Source of the DNA: an uncultured Desulfospira sp.
GTDB taxonomy: Bacteria; Desulfobacterota; Desulfobacteria; Desulfobacterales; Desulfobacteraceae
Length of the DNA stretch: 64,000 nt
Direction: 5' to 3'
Assembly (NCBI GenBank): GCA_963663165.1
Contig: OY760175.1
Location: 6,496,001 to 6,560,000 of the forward strand
Below, one piece after another: positions 48,932 to 58,373 of the stretch (its first letter is position 1; each line of letters begins with the position of its first letter). The notes beneath the pieces are model-generated. The model was not told the DNA's origin. It did no database searches and saw nothing but the letters and a program-made list of their open reading frames with translations. Made by a program: the position numbers and the translations under genes.

Positions 48932-49585
48932 TTGGCGGAAAATAAAATCGATATGCTCATCAACCGGATCATGGACGTTACCGGTATCCACTCACAGTCA
49001 GAGCTTGCCAAGGAGCTGGGAATCAACCGTTCCGGTATCACCCATGCCCGAAATAAGAACAAAATACCGGACAATTGGATCATCCGCCTTTACCGGCGGT
49101 ACCGGCTCAACCCCGACTGGGTGGAAACCGGACAGGGCAGTGTTTTCCTTCGCAAAGAGTCTTCCGGAGACGTTCTGTTTAAACAAATCCCAAAGGTAGA
49201 GGCCAGGCTGTCCGCCGGTACGGGTTCTTTTGAGTGTGCCGATGATATTAAGGAATATTTGTCTTTTCCGGCCTCCTGGCTGGCCCGGAAGGGATCGGCC
49301 GCAGCCATGGTGGCCATGGCGGTTTTCGGTCGATCCATGGAGCCGGTGATCATGGAAGGGGATACGGTTCTTATCGACCAGTCCATGACCCGGATTCTTG
49401 CCGGCGCCATCTATGCCGTGGGGGTTGACGACACCATTTTCGTCAAACGGATTGAAAAATTGCCGGACAAGCTGGCGCTGCTCAGCGATAACAAGGATTT
49501 TTCCCCCATATATATTGAGCGGGATGAGATGCCCAAGGTCCGAATCCTTGGGAAGGTGATCTGGAGCTGCCGGGAATACCGGTAG
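48932..49585 (+). CDS. CI/LexA-like repressor: HTH + S24 peptidase
   Basis: HTH SQSELAKELGINRSGIT, cleavage site LSAG, catalytic Ser in GRSMEP and Lys in FVKR. Confidence 0.88.
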   Translation: MAENKIDMLINRIMDVTGIHSQSELAKELGINRSGITHARNKNKIPDNWIIRLYRRYRLNPDWVETGQGSVFLRKESSGDVLFKQIPKVEARLSAGTGSFECADDIKEYLSFPASWLARKGSAAAMVAMAVFGRSMEPVIMEGDTVLIDQSMTRILAGAIYAVGVDDTIFVKRIEKLPDKLALLSDNKDFSPIYIERDEMPKVRILGKVIWSCREYR

Positions 49586-49676
49586 GCTGAAAAGACGGCT
49601 TTCCTGGCGCATTGGGGGCCTCTTTTTTTGCATTAAGCGTTTACTTTTTTAAACAAATGATGAATTTTTTAACTTA

Positions 49677-49973
49677 ATGGAGTTGGATATGGACAACACT
49701 ACAGCAAAAGACAGGATCGTATTCGCCATTGCCGGAACCGCATGGGTGGCCGGGCTTTTAATCGCAGGCAGTGAAAATTATTACATGCCGTGGGTAAATC
49801 TGGCCGGCGGGGCCCTCTTTTTTGCGTCCTGCCTTGTTTTAGGCAAAGTCTTTAACCGGATGAACAGGAGGGTCCCTGAAAAAATAACTCCGGCAAAGCT
49901 TCCTGCCAGGGCCGCCGAGCCAAAAGAAAGCTTTGGCTCAGGACTTGCGCTGGGTGTTCTATTAAAAAGTTAA
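49677..49973 (+). CDS. Hypothetical small membrane protein
   Basis: Two hydrophobic helices; GGAG RBS before ATG 49689; hairpin downstream at 49993-50029. Confidence 0.65.
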   Translation: MELDMDNTTAKDRIVFAIAGTAWVAGLLIAGSENYYMPWVNLAGGALFFASCLVLGKVFNRMNRRVPEKITPAKLPARAAEPKESFGSGLALGVLLKS

Positions 49974-50964
49974 GCCAATTCCCGCTTTTTAGGCATATGG
50001 TTCCGGATGAACCTTCAGGAACCATATGCTATCCTTATTATATAGGGCCAATTGCTTTAATCATGGGGTTTGGGCCCGGCATTACAGCCAAACACGCCAT
50101 GCCCCGAGAGCAGGGTTATCGCATTTATAATTACCGATCTCTGTCTTTTGGGGGCTCTTGATCTTGCTCCTGCTCGAAGTCATAATCTGGGGCAAGCGCA
50201 TGGGCAGGATTAAGAACAAGACTTCATGAAGGTCACATACCCTTCAGCCTGAACCGCTTTAGTCTTTTAAACTTTTCTATTGTTTATTTTCTCCAAAACG
50301 CATATACACAGTTCGATAAGTGCTTTTAGGTTTGAGCCGTGGTTCGGTTGAATTCCAGGGGTGTATCTGGTATGATGCGGCCACGTTTCAACAGGGAAAA
50401 GCGGGTTGGAATAGTTTCTTAACGGGGTTTGACGGGTCAATTCTTAACAGAAGGTAAGGACATTCATATGAGTTTTCAGACAAATTTGCCTTTGGGAAAA
50501 TTTGTTGCGGTACGTGAAGCTGATGCCTTTAAAAGAATTTTTATTTCCGGTCTGATCCCCATTTTGCAACCGGTTTCCAACTCACCTTTTTATTCGCAAG
50601 TCGCAGAGACATTCAAATTTTTAATATTCCTGGTTAGCGCCGTGGTTTTTCAATTGAAAAACCTGGAAATGGCATCGTTCATTTCCAAAAATGGCCCCGG
50701 TTTCCGGCTTTTGGTTTCCTCTGAACAATGGATACGAAAGTCAATCGGCCGTAAAGACAACCCCATCGTCTTTTATGGTGAAACGGCTGTATCCTTTGCG
50801 AGGATTGCCTAGGAATTAAGATTGTTTGTTCTTCTTGAAGGACCGTTCTGCGGTGCCCTGACAAAGAACAGGCCTCTGGACTTTAAGATTAACCATCATC
50901 CGGGTTTGTTCTGTCTGGGGCCATACAGGACGCGGATATCCATCAAACAAAATATAGGTCAGAC

Positions 50965-53900
50965 ATGCAAAAGCTAAAACTTTCGGAAGACGGGCGCCCG
51001 GGCAAACATAGGGCGCTTGTTATCGGCGGCGGTGTAGGCGGAATCCGGGCTGCGCTTGACCTGGCAGAATCCAGGCGGGATGTCGTGCTCATAGACAAAT
51101 CATATTCTATCGGGGGGATCATGACCCAGCTGGACCGGACATTCCCCACCAATAACTGTGATTTATGTTCGGTTTCTTCTTACTTGTCCCAGGAATCCGG
51201 AAAGGCGTATTTTGATATTAAGCCCATGACGCGGCTTGAGCGCCTTGAAGGAGAGGCCGGCAACTTTAAGGCCACCCTGGTGACAGAACCTAGATTTATT
51301 GACATTGACAAATGTACGGCCTGCGGAGAGTGTGCCAAGAAATTCCCCGAGGCTGTCCGGTTTACCCCGGGACTGGATCCAAGGGCGCCCACCTGTATGA
51401 GATACCCCCAGGCAACGCCCTATGCCTATTCCATCGATATGGGCAAGGTCGATGATATTGCAAAGATTCAGGAAGTCTGTAAGGCCAACGCCATCGTGCC
51501 CGACGATGAGGCAAAAGAAATTACCATGGATGTGGCCTCTGTTGTTCTGAGCATGGGGGCTGAGCTTTTTGAACCTTCTGTGCTGGATAACTATGGGGGC
51601 GGAAAGCTTGATAACGTGGTGACCGGGCTTGAGTATGAACGGATCATGTCTGCCTCCGGGCCCTTCCAGGGAAATCTGGTGCGGCGGTCTGACCAGCAGA
51701 AACCCAAACGGGTGGCCTGGATCCAGTGTGTGGGATCAAGGGGGATCAACCGGGCCGATGTGCCTTATTGTTCCAGCGTCTGTTGTATGTATGCCCTCAA
51801 AGAGGCCATGGTGACCAAAGAGAGATTCGGTGACGACATTGAAACCACCATCTTTTATATGGACATGAGAACCCATGGCAAAGGGTATGAAGCCCTTTTC
51901 GACCGGGCCAAAAACGAGATGAACGTGGAAATGGTCCGTTGCAAACCCCATACCATTACCGAGGATTCCGAAACCAAGAACCTGAACATTACCTATGCCC
52001 TTGAGGACAATGGCGGCCAGCAGATCCGGGAATTTGACATGGTGGTGCTGTCCACGGGATTTCGCATGACCCAGGAGAATGTCGAACTGGCCGGAAAACT
52101 GGGCATAGACCTTAACGACCACCAGTTTGCCGCAACCGATCCCTTTAACCCGGCCAAAACCTCCAAACCCGGTGTTTATGTCTGTGGTGTTTACGAAAGC
52201 CCCAAAGATATTCCCGAGACCATGGTTCAGGCCAGTGCTGCAGCCTGTCTGGCTGCCGCCGATATTCCTGGCGGCCTCCCGGAACCGGAAGAGGAAATCC
52301 TTTTTCCGCCGGAAAGAGACATCACGGCTGAAGATCCCAAAATCGGCGTGTTCATTTGTGATTGCGACGGTGAAATCGGTTCGGTCCTGGATATCAACAA
52401 AATCGTGGAATATGCCGGTACGGTTCCGGATGTTGCCGTGGCCAAGGTCCTGGCTGATTATGGCTGTACTGACGAGTCCATGGCACAGATCGAATCCTTG
52501 ATCAAAGAAAATAACCTGAACCGGGTAGTCATCGGCGGAACTTCCCCGAGAACCCACGAAATTAAATTCCAGGAGCTTCTCAGAAGGGCCGGCTTAAACA
52601 AATACCTACTTGAAATGGTCAACTTAAGGGACCAGGTGGCCTGGGCCCATGCGGCGCAGCCTGAGCAGGCCCTTGAAAAGGCCGTTAAACTGATTCAGGT
52701 GGGCATCGCCGGGGTCAGGAGCAGTCGTCCCCTGACAGACACCGTTCTTCCCATGACCCGGACAGCCCTGGTGGTCGGCGGCGGCGTGACCGGCATGAGT
52801 GCGGCCCTTGAACTGGCTGATCAGGGAATTCAGGTCAACCTGGTTGAAAAGGATCAGGCCCTGGGCGGCCTTGCCCGTTCCATCGCCAAAACCATTGAAG
52901 GTGAAGCCGTGGCCCCCTTTGTCAAGGATCTTTCCGACAAGGTAACGGCCCATGACAAAATTGAGGTCATGACCGGGGCAACCGTGGTTGATCATTACGG
53001 GGTTCCCGGAAAGTTCACCACTTCAGTTCTGACCCAAGGCCAGGATACACCGGTTAAGATAGAGCACGGGGTGGCCATCCTCGCCACCGGCGCCCTTGCC
53101 AACCGGCCCGACGAGTACGGCCTGAACCAGTATGAGCAGGTGGTCACCCAGCTGGATCTGGACAGCATTCTTGAGGATGATCCGGACAAGATTAAAGCCA
53201 TGGACCAGGTGGTGATGATTCAGTGTGTGGGATCCCGTGAAGGGGCTAACCCCAATTGTTCCAGGATCTGCTGCCAGGCGGCCATGAAAAATGCCCTGCG
53301 CTTAAAGGAAATTAACCCGGATATTGATGTATTTGTACTTTACCGGGATATCCGGACTTACGGGTTCATGGAAGACTACTACCGGCAGGCCAGAAACCTG
53401 GGAGTCCAGTTTATCCGCTTTACCCTTGATTCCAAACCGGTTGTTGAACAAGAAGACGGGCAGCTCACGGTTCAGGTTTATGACGGCATTCTTGGCATGG
53501 ACATCAAGATACCGGCAGACTGCGTGGCTTTAAGCACCGGTCCTGTGGCCAATGTTGAAACCACAAAGGCATTGTCCACCATCTTCCATGTTCCCACAAC
53601 AGAGGATAACTTTTTCCTGGAAGACCATATCAAGCTTCGCCCGGTGGATATGGCCTTAAAAGGGTTCTTTGTTGCCGGCACGGCCCATTCTCCCAAACTG
53701 ATCCGGGAGAGTATTACCCAGGCTGATGCCGTGGCCGGCAGGGCGTTAACCTTCCTTGCCAAGGGGCAAGTCAACCTTGGCGCTGCCGTTGCCACGGTGG
53801 ACGGAACCAAATGTGCGGCCTGTCTGATCTGCGTTCGGGCATGTCCCTTTGGGGTTCCCGTAATTAACGCTGAGGGGTATTCACAGATCGATCCGGACAA

Positions 53901-54018
53901 ATGCCAGGGATGCGGCGTCTGCGCTGCCGAATGTCCGGCCAAGGCCATTCAGCTGTCGGCCTATGAAGACGATCAGATTCTGGCAAAATTAGACGGATTA
54001 TTTGAGAGGTATAACTAA
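50965..54018 (+). CDS. hdrA: Heterodisulfide reductase subunit A-like flavoprotein with two FAD modules
   Basis: Two GGG.GG/GGGVTG FAD loops, TFPTNNC, IQCVGSR...YCSSVCC and IQCVGSR...CSRICC, and ferredoxin motifs CAACLICVRACP and CQGCGVCAAECP. Confidence 0.92.
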   Translation: MQKLKLSEDGRPGKHRALVIGGGVGGIRAALDLAESRRDVVLIDKSYSIGGIMTQLDRTFPTNNCDLCSVSSYLSQESGKAYFDIKPMTRLERLEGEAGNFKATLVTEPRFIDIDKCTACGECAKKFPEAVRFTPGLDPRAPTCMRYPQATPYAYSIDMGKVDDIAKIQEVCKANAIVPDDEAKEITMDVASVVLSMGAELFEPSVLDNYGGGKLDNVVTGLEYERIMSASGPFQGNLVRRSDQQKPKRVAWIQCVGSRGINRADVPYCSSVCCMYALKEAMVTKERFGDDIETTIFYMDMRTHGKGYEALFDRAKNEMNVEMVRCKPHTITEDSETKNLNITYALEDNGGQQIREFDMVVLSTGFRMTQENVELAGKLGIDLNDHQFAATDPFNPAKTSKPGVYVCGVYESPKDIPETMVQASAAACLAAADIPGGLPEPEEEILFPPERDITAEDPKIGVFICDCDGEIGSVLDINKIVEYAGTVPDVAVAKVLADYGCTDESMAQIESLIKENNLNRVVIGGTSPRTHEIKFQELLRRAGLNKYLLEMVNLRDQVAWAHAAQPEQALEKAVKLIQVGIAGVRSSRPLTDTVLPMTRTALVVGGGVTGMSAALELADQGIQVNLVEKDQALGGLARSIAKTIEGEAVAPFVKDLSDKVTAHDKIEVMTGATVVDHYGVPGKFTTSVLTQGQDTPVKIEHGVAILATGALANRPDEYGLNQYEQVVTQLDLDSILEDDPDKIKAMDQVVMIQCVGSREGANPNCSRICCQAAMKNALRLKEINPDIDVFVLYRDIRTYGFMEDYYRQARNLGVQFIRFTLDSKPVVEQEDGQLTVQVYDGILGMDIKIPADCVALSTGPVANVETTKALSTIFHVPTTEDNFFLEDHIKLRPVDMALKGFFVAGTAHSPKLIRESITQADAVAGRALTFLAKGQVNLGAAVATVDGTKCAACLICVRACPFGVPVINAEGYSQIDPDKCQGCGVCAAECPAKAIQLSAYEDDQILAKLDGLFERYN

Positions 54019-54455
54019 TGGAAAATTTTGAACCGGAAATAGTGGCTTTCTGTTGCCATTACTGCGCCTATACAGCCGCAGATATGGCCGGTACCAGACG
54101 GGTATCCTACCCGCCCAACGTCAAAATCATCCGGGTGCCCTGTTCAGGCAAGGTAGATGCCATTCATATCATGAAGGCCCTTGAAAAAGGGGCTGATGGC
54201 GTGTTTGTGGGCGGGTGCCTGGACGGCGACTGTCATTTTAAAAACGGCAATACCCGGGCCGATGCCAGGGTTCTAAGGGTTAAAGCCTGTCTGGAAAGCA
54301 TTGGATGGGAACCGGAACGGGTTGCGATGGTAAAATTGTCTGCCGGCATGGGCGAGGGGTTTGCCAAGACGGCTGCCGACTTTACTGAAACCATAAAGAA
54401 ACTGGGCCCTAACCCCTGCAGACCGTCAGGGTTGGATGCCAAGGCCGCCAGTTAA
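54018..54455 (+). CDS. mvhD: MvhD/FlpD [2Fe-2S] subunit
   Basis: IVAFCCHYCAYTAAD.AG..R..YP..VKIIRVPCSGKV, GADGV..GC..GDCHF..GN. Confidence 0.95.
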   Translation: MENFEPEIVAFCCHYCAYTAADMAGTRRVSYPPNVKIIRVPCSGKVDAIHIMKALEKGADGVFVGGCLDGDCHFKNGNTRADARVLRVKACLESIGWEPERVAMVKLSAGMGEGFAKTAADFTETIKKLGPNPCRPSGLDAKAAS

Positions 54456-54480
54456 ATTTTGAATTTTTGGAGATAAAAAC

Positions 54481-55146
54481 ATGATTACTGCAGAACAAAA
54501 ACCCATACAGGAAATCATCCAGTATATTGCGCCTTACAGCAAAATTCTTCTGGTTGGCTGCAATGAATGTGTCACCGTCTGTTCAGCCGGCGGAAGAAAA
54601 GAAGTCGGACTTCTGGCCTCTGCCCTTCGCCTGGACGCCCAGAAACAGGGAAAAGAGCTTGATATTCAGGAAATCACCCTGGAACGGCAATGTGACCCCG
54701 AATATGTTGAAGAACTGCTCGCCAGCATTGATGGCGTGGAAGCGGTTGTATCCATGGCCTGCGGCTGCGGCGTTCAGACCGTTGCCGCCCGGTATGAAAA
54801 AACCCCGGTTTTTCCGGCGGTGAACACCAAGTTCATGGGCGCATCTGAAAGCCAGGGCGTCTGGGGCGAACGCTGTCAAGGCTGCGGCGACTGCATGCTG
54901 GGCATTACCGGCGGGATCTGTCCGGTGGCCCGCTGTTCAAAGAGCCTTCTTAACGGTCCCTGCGGCGGAACGTCCAACGGCCAGTGCGAAATCAGCCCGG
55001 ATGTGGACTGTGCCTGGCGCCTGATCTGGGAGCGGCTGGTCGCTTTAGGGATTCAGGACCGGTATGAGGAACTCAATGCAGCAAAAGACTGGCGGCCTGC
55101 TGGCGGCGGTGGACCCAGAAAAATTATCAGGGAGGACTTGGCATAA
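54481..55146 (+). CDS. metV: Methylene-THF reductase subunit MetV
   Basis: GCNECVTVC..GG, RQC, ACGCGVQ, RCQGCGDC.L..TGGICPVARCSKSLLNGPCGG, CAW. Confidence 0.9.
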   Translation: MITAEQKPIQEIIQYIAPYSKILLVGCNECVTVCSAGGRKEVGLLASALRLDAQKQGKELDIQEITLERQCDPEYVEELLASIDGVEAVVSMACGCGVQTVAARYEKTPVFPAVNTKFMGASESQGVWGERCQGCGDCMLGITGGICPVARCSKSLLNGPCGGTSNGQCEISPDVDCAWRLIWERLVALGIQDRYEELNAAKDWRPAGGGGPRKIIREDLA

Positions 55147-56069
55147 TGAAAACTGAAAGCAGATTAGAAAAAGTATTTGCCTCCGGGGCTCTGGCAGTAA
55201 CCTCTGAAGTCGGTCCGCCAAGAGGCTGCAATGTCGAGATCGTCAAGGAAAAAGCCAACCTGATCAAAGATTATTGTGACGGCATCAACATCACTGACAA
55301 CCAGACCGCCATGGTCCGGATGTCCTCCATTGCCGGCGGCGTGATCATCAAACAAATGGGTCTTGATCCCATCATCCAGATGGTATCCAGGGACAGAAAC
55401 CGGCTGGCCATGCAGGCCGACATCATCGGTGCCTATGCCCTTGGCATCAACACCATGCTCTGCCTTTCCGGCGACCATCCCAAATTCGGCGATCATCCCG
55501 AAGCCAAAGGGGTTTTCGATATTGATTCAGTCAATATGATCAAAATGGTCAAAGACATGAGAGATGAGAGTAAATTCCAGGGCGGGGCAGAGATCAAAAT
55601 ACCGCCCAAGATGTTCATCGGTGCGGCTGCCAACCCCTTTGCCGATCCCTTTGAACTGCGGGTCATGCGCCTGGCCAAAAAGGTTGCCGCAGGTGTTGAT
55701 TTCATTCAGACCCAGTGTATTTTCAACATGGACAAGTTTGAAAAATGGATGGAAGGGGTCAGAGACCGCGGGCTGGACAAAAAAGTCAAAATCCTGGCCG
55801 GTATCACCCCCATGAAGTCCCTGGGCATGGCCAAATACATGAAAAACAAAGTGCCTGGAATGGACGTGCCTGATGAGGTCATTGACCGTCTGGCCGGTGT
55901 TTCCAAGGAACAGCAGCCTGAAGAGGGCATTAAAATGGCCGTTGAGCAGATGGAACGTCTCAAAGAGTGCAAAGGCGTTGCAGGCTTCCATATCATGGCC
56001 ATTGAATGGGAAAAACGGGTACCAGAGATCGTTGAAAAAGCCGGTCTGTATCCCAGACCCCAGGTCTAA
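55146..56069 (+). CDS. metF: Methylenetetrahydrofolate reductase
   Basis: TSEVGPP, INITDN, RDRNRLAMQ, LCLSGD, KKVAAGVDFIQTQ. Confidence 0.95.
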   Translation: MKTESRLEKVFASGALAVTSEVGPPRGCNVEIVKEKANLIKDYCDGINITDNQTAMVRMSSIAGGVIIKQMGLDPIIQMVSRDRNRLAMQADIIGAYALGINTMLCLSGDHPKFGDHPEAKGVFDIDSVNMIKMVKDMRDESKFQGGAEIKIPPKMFIGAAANPFADPFELRVMRLAKKVAAGVDFIQTQCIFNMDKFEKWMEGVRDRGLDKKVKILAGITPMKSLGMAKYMKNKVPGMDVPDEVIDRLAGVSKEQQPEEGIKMAVEQMERLKECKGVAGFHIMAIEWEKRVPEIVEKAGLYPRPQV

Positions 56070-56139
56070 TACCAGGTATAACTGACAGATAAGCCCTTTA
56101 AGCGGCGGTTTCATTCGCCGTCCGGGCCATTTTAAAGAT

Positions 56140-56183
56140 AAACAGCAGGAAAGCGTTTAGACGCTTTCCTGCTGTTTTGTTTT
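56140..56183 (+). terminator. Intrinsic terminator of the hdrA-metF operon
   Basis: aaacagcaggaaagcgt-ttag-acgctttcctgctgttt followed by a T tract. Confidence 0.85.
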
Positions 56184-56286
56184 ATTATAGCAGCCTGTCC
56201 AGGCCGGAGCCCTTAAGCGGCTGCCACAGAATTTTGGATATAAAAAAAGGCTTTCAAGAAAAATTCTTAAAAGCCTTTATATTCGG

Positions 56287-56360
56287 TGGCTGGCTGACTA
56301 GGATTCGAACCTAGATTGACGGAGTCAGAGTCCGTAGTCCTGCCGTTGGACGATCAGCCA
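56287..56360 (-). tRNA. tRNA-Gln (CTG)
   Basis: Reverse complement TGGCTGATCGTCCAACGGCAGGACTACGGACTCTGACTCCGTCAATCTAGGTTCGAATCCTAGTCAGCCAGCCA; promoter-like TTGACT-17-TATAAA at 56408-56380. Confidence 0.96.
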
Positions 56361-56611
56361 GTAAAATTAATGTTCGAGGTTTATACAACAAAGACCCCCA
56401 CGAGTCAAGGCATATATAAAAAAACATCCGGGGGAAGGCGTGTCATTTGCTTCACCCGGTCAACACCGCCCACAAATTGAACGAAAAAAGCAGGTTTGCC
56501 CAGCCTGTATCAATTGTGGTAGAGTGCGTTAAACCGTTTTAAAAATAAGGTGGCAGGAGAGGGGGGCAAGCCCTAAAGCATGCTTTGTATTTTTATACCA
56601 TGGAGGAAAGT

Positions 56612-56905
56612 ATGGCTGTTACGGTGTTGATCAAACGAAAAGTCAGTCCCGGGAAAGGCGAAGAGATGGAAAATCTTTACAAGGAACTTATTGCCCAGGC
56701 GGTTAAACAGGAAGGATATCTTGGGGCCGAGACATTCCGGCGCCTGGATGTAGATGATGCATACCTGGTGATCAGCCGCTGGCAAACAGTTGAGGACTGG
56801 TCCAGATGGCTGGTCAGCGAAGATAGAAGGGCTTACCAGGACCGGATTGACGGCCTGACCGGTGCCACCACCAAATTTGAAATCTATGAGACCGCTTCTC
56901 TTTAA
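56612..56905 (+). CDS. Antibiotic-biosynthesis-monooxygenase (ABM) fold protein
   Basis: GGAGG RBS; MAVTVLIKRKV...QEGYLGAET...YLVISRWQTVEDWSRW..S..R. Confidence 0.85.
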   Translation: MAVTVLIKRKVSPGKGEEMENLYKELIAQAVKQEGYLGAETFRRLDVDDAYLVISRWQTVEDWSRWLVSEDRRAYQDRIDGLTGATTKFEIYETASL

Positions 56906-56978
56906 AAAAAAGTATCGCAAGCCCTGAACAGTCTTTTTATAGAGTTAAAAAAGCACCGGGGCGGGGTGACGTGGTTAA

Positions 56979-57025
56979 CCTCTCTCAAGGCGTTAAAGTA
57001 AACCGTTTTTAGGCCTTGAGAGAGG
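56979..57025. terminator. Hairpin between the convergent ABM gene and ndk
   Basis: cctctctcaagg ... ccttgagagagg 12-bp stem. Confidence 0.55.
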
Positions 57026-57047
57026 GAAAAGGGCGGGAAAAGAGAGA

Positions 57048-57467
57048 TTAACGGGCCTGGATTTCCAGGGCGTTGAAAAAATAACCAATTTCAAAGGCGG
57101 CGGTTTCAGGGGCATCAGAACCGTGGACCACGTTTTTTTCTATATCTGTGGCATATTCGCGCCGGATGGTGCCTTCTTCTGCTTCCTTGAAGTTGGTGGC
57201 CCCCATCAGTTTTCTGTTTTTGGCAATCACGTCTTCACCTTCCAGTACCATGACGACGATGGGGCCTGAGGTCATAAAATCGGTGAGGCTGTCAAAAAAG
57301 GGGCGTTCCTTGTGAACCGCATAAAACCCTTGGGCCTGGGGTTTGGTCAGGTGGATCATTTTCATGGCGGCAATTTTGATGCCGTTGGACTCAAAGCGTT
57401 TGATCACTTCTCCGATGATGTTTTTTTCAACACCATCGGGTTTGATGATGGATAAAGTTCTTTCCAT
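57048..57467 (-). CDS. ndk: Nucleoside diphosphate kinase
   Basis: [35 protein letters not shown]. Confidence 0.98.
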   Translation of the reverse strand: MERTLSIIKPDGVEKNIIGEVIKRFESNGIKIAAMKMIHLTKPQAQGFYAVHKERPFFDSLTDFMTSGPIVVMVLEGEDVIAKNRKLMGATNFKEAEEGTIRREYATDIEKNVVHGSDAPETAAFEIGYFFNALEIQAR

Positions 57468-57710
57468 GGCGTTTATTTTCCTTTTTTATATCCGGTTAAA
57501 ATGGTCTGTCAAATGTCTGTTAAAACGGGCTTGCAACGTAGCACAGGTCAGGATAAAAATCAATGATCGGGGATCGAACCAAAGGGTGATTGCACGTAAC
57601 CTGCCTGCCGGTGATGTGAATTTCGATGATAAGGATAATGTATAAAAGGGAAACCGGAAGGAAGGGAGACGGGAGACCGAAACCGTCAAGTTCCCTGGTT
57701 TGAGCGGTAG

Positions 57711-57763
57711 GGTTGGAGCGGGCCATGCCCGCGATCGAATCGCGGGCATGGCCCGCTCCAACC
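57711..57763. repeat. Perfect REP-doublet-like palindrome
   Basis: ggttggagcgggccatgcccgcgat-cga-atcgcgggcatggcccgctccaacc (25-bp perfect arms). Confidence 0.85.
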
Positions 57764-58373
57764 TTGCATTGACCCAAAATGGAGCGATAGATGTCGGATG
57801 CCGGGTTCTCTTGGAGGGCGCATCCGGTCTCCTTCTTCCGGTTTCCGGTCTCCCTACATAATTGGAGTTATCCTTATTCCCCATTCCAGGATGGATTGTT
57901 TTTTTTTACATGCGATGGCCCAGATCGAACCAGACCGGAATAAGTGGACTGCCAGTGCTATGGCCGGGCCTTATAGTGAAACAGACATGACCGGCCGAAG
58001 CTGCGAAAATTAACGCTGGGAAATCTCCTGTTACGATAAGGGGATAGGGACCATTTTTTTGTCGGTTCACCTGGTTATTATCAGGTTGGTTTTGGTTCAT
58101 TCTGCCGGCAGGGCTAAAGGGCGGTACAGTCAGCAGCGCATATATCCGCTGAAATTGAAAAACAAGCCTTGACAAGATTCAAATAAAATTTTATAGATAA
58201 CAACTGTTGATGATAAACTGTCAACTATCTGTCTGTGTTTCCACAGCATTTTAAGACCTTCAAACTGCTAAAAACAGACTGCCAAGTCCAGGGTGCTGTC
58301 CTTGCAATTTGACTAACCAAAAACATAAAACAGATCATCTGATAAAACAATCAATTAAAATCCGGGAGAATGA

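Noticed and set aside
48932..49973. Prophage remnant
   Set aside because: No integrase, cro, structural genes or att-like repeats are visible around the repressor.
50429..50812. 127-aa ORF upstream of hdrA
   Set aside because: TTG start, no recognisable motifs, and composition typical of translated intergenic DNA.
50800..50964. SAM/THF or c-di-GMP riboswitch before the metVF operon
   Set aside because: I could not find the conserved core motifs on either strand; an Infernal scan would be decisive.
50965..54455. Selenocysteine in HdrA/MvhD
   Set aside because: Both frames are uninterrupted, with no in-frame UGA.
56437..56452. Sigma54-like site AGGCGTGTCATTTGCT upstream of the ABM gene
   Set aside because: GG-N10-GC spacing fits, but the match to TGGCACG is weak and nothing else supports it.
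57486..58175. Short ORFs between ndk and rho
   Set aside because: They overlap palindromic repeats, lack clear RBSs and show no protein-family motifs.
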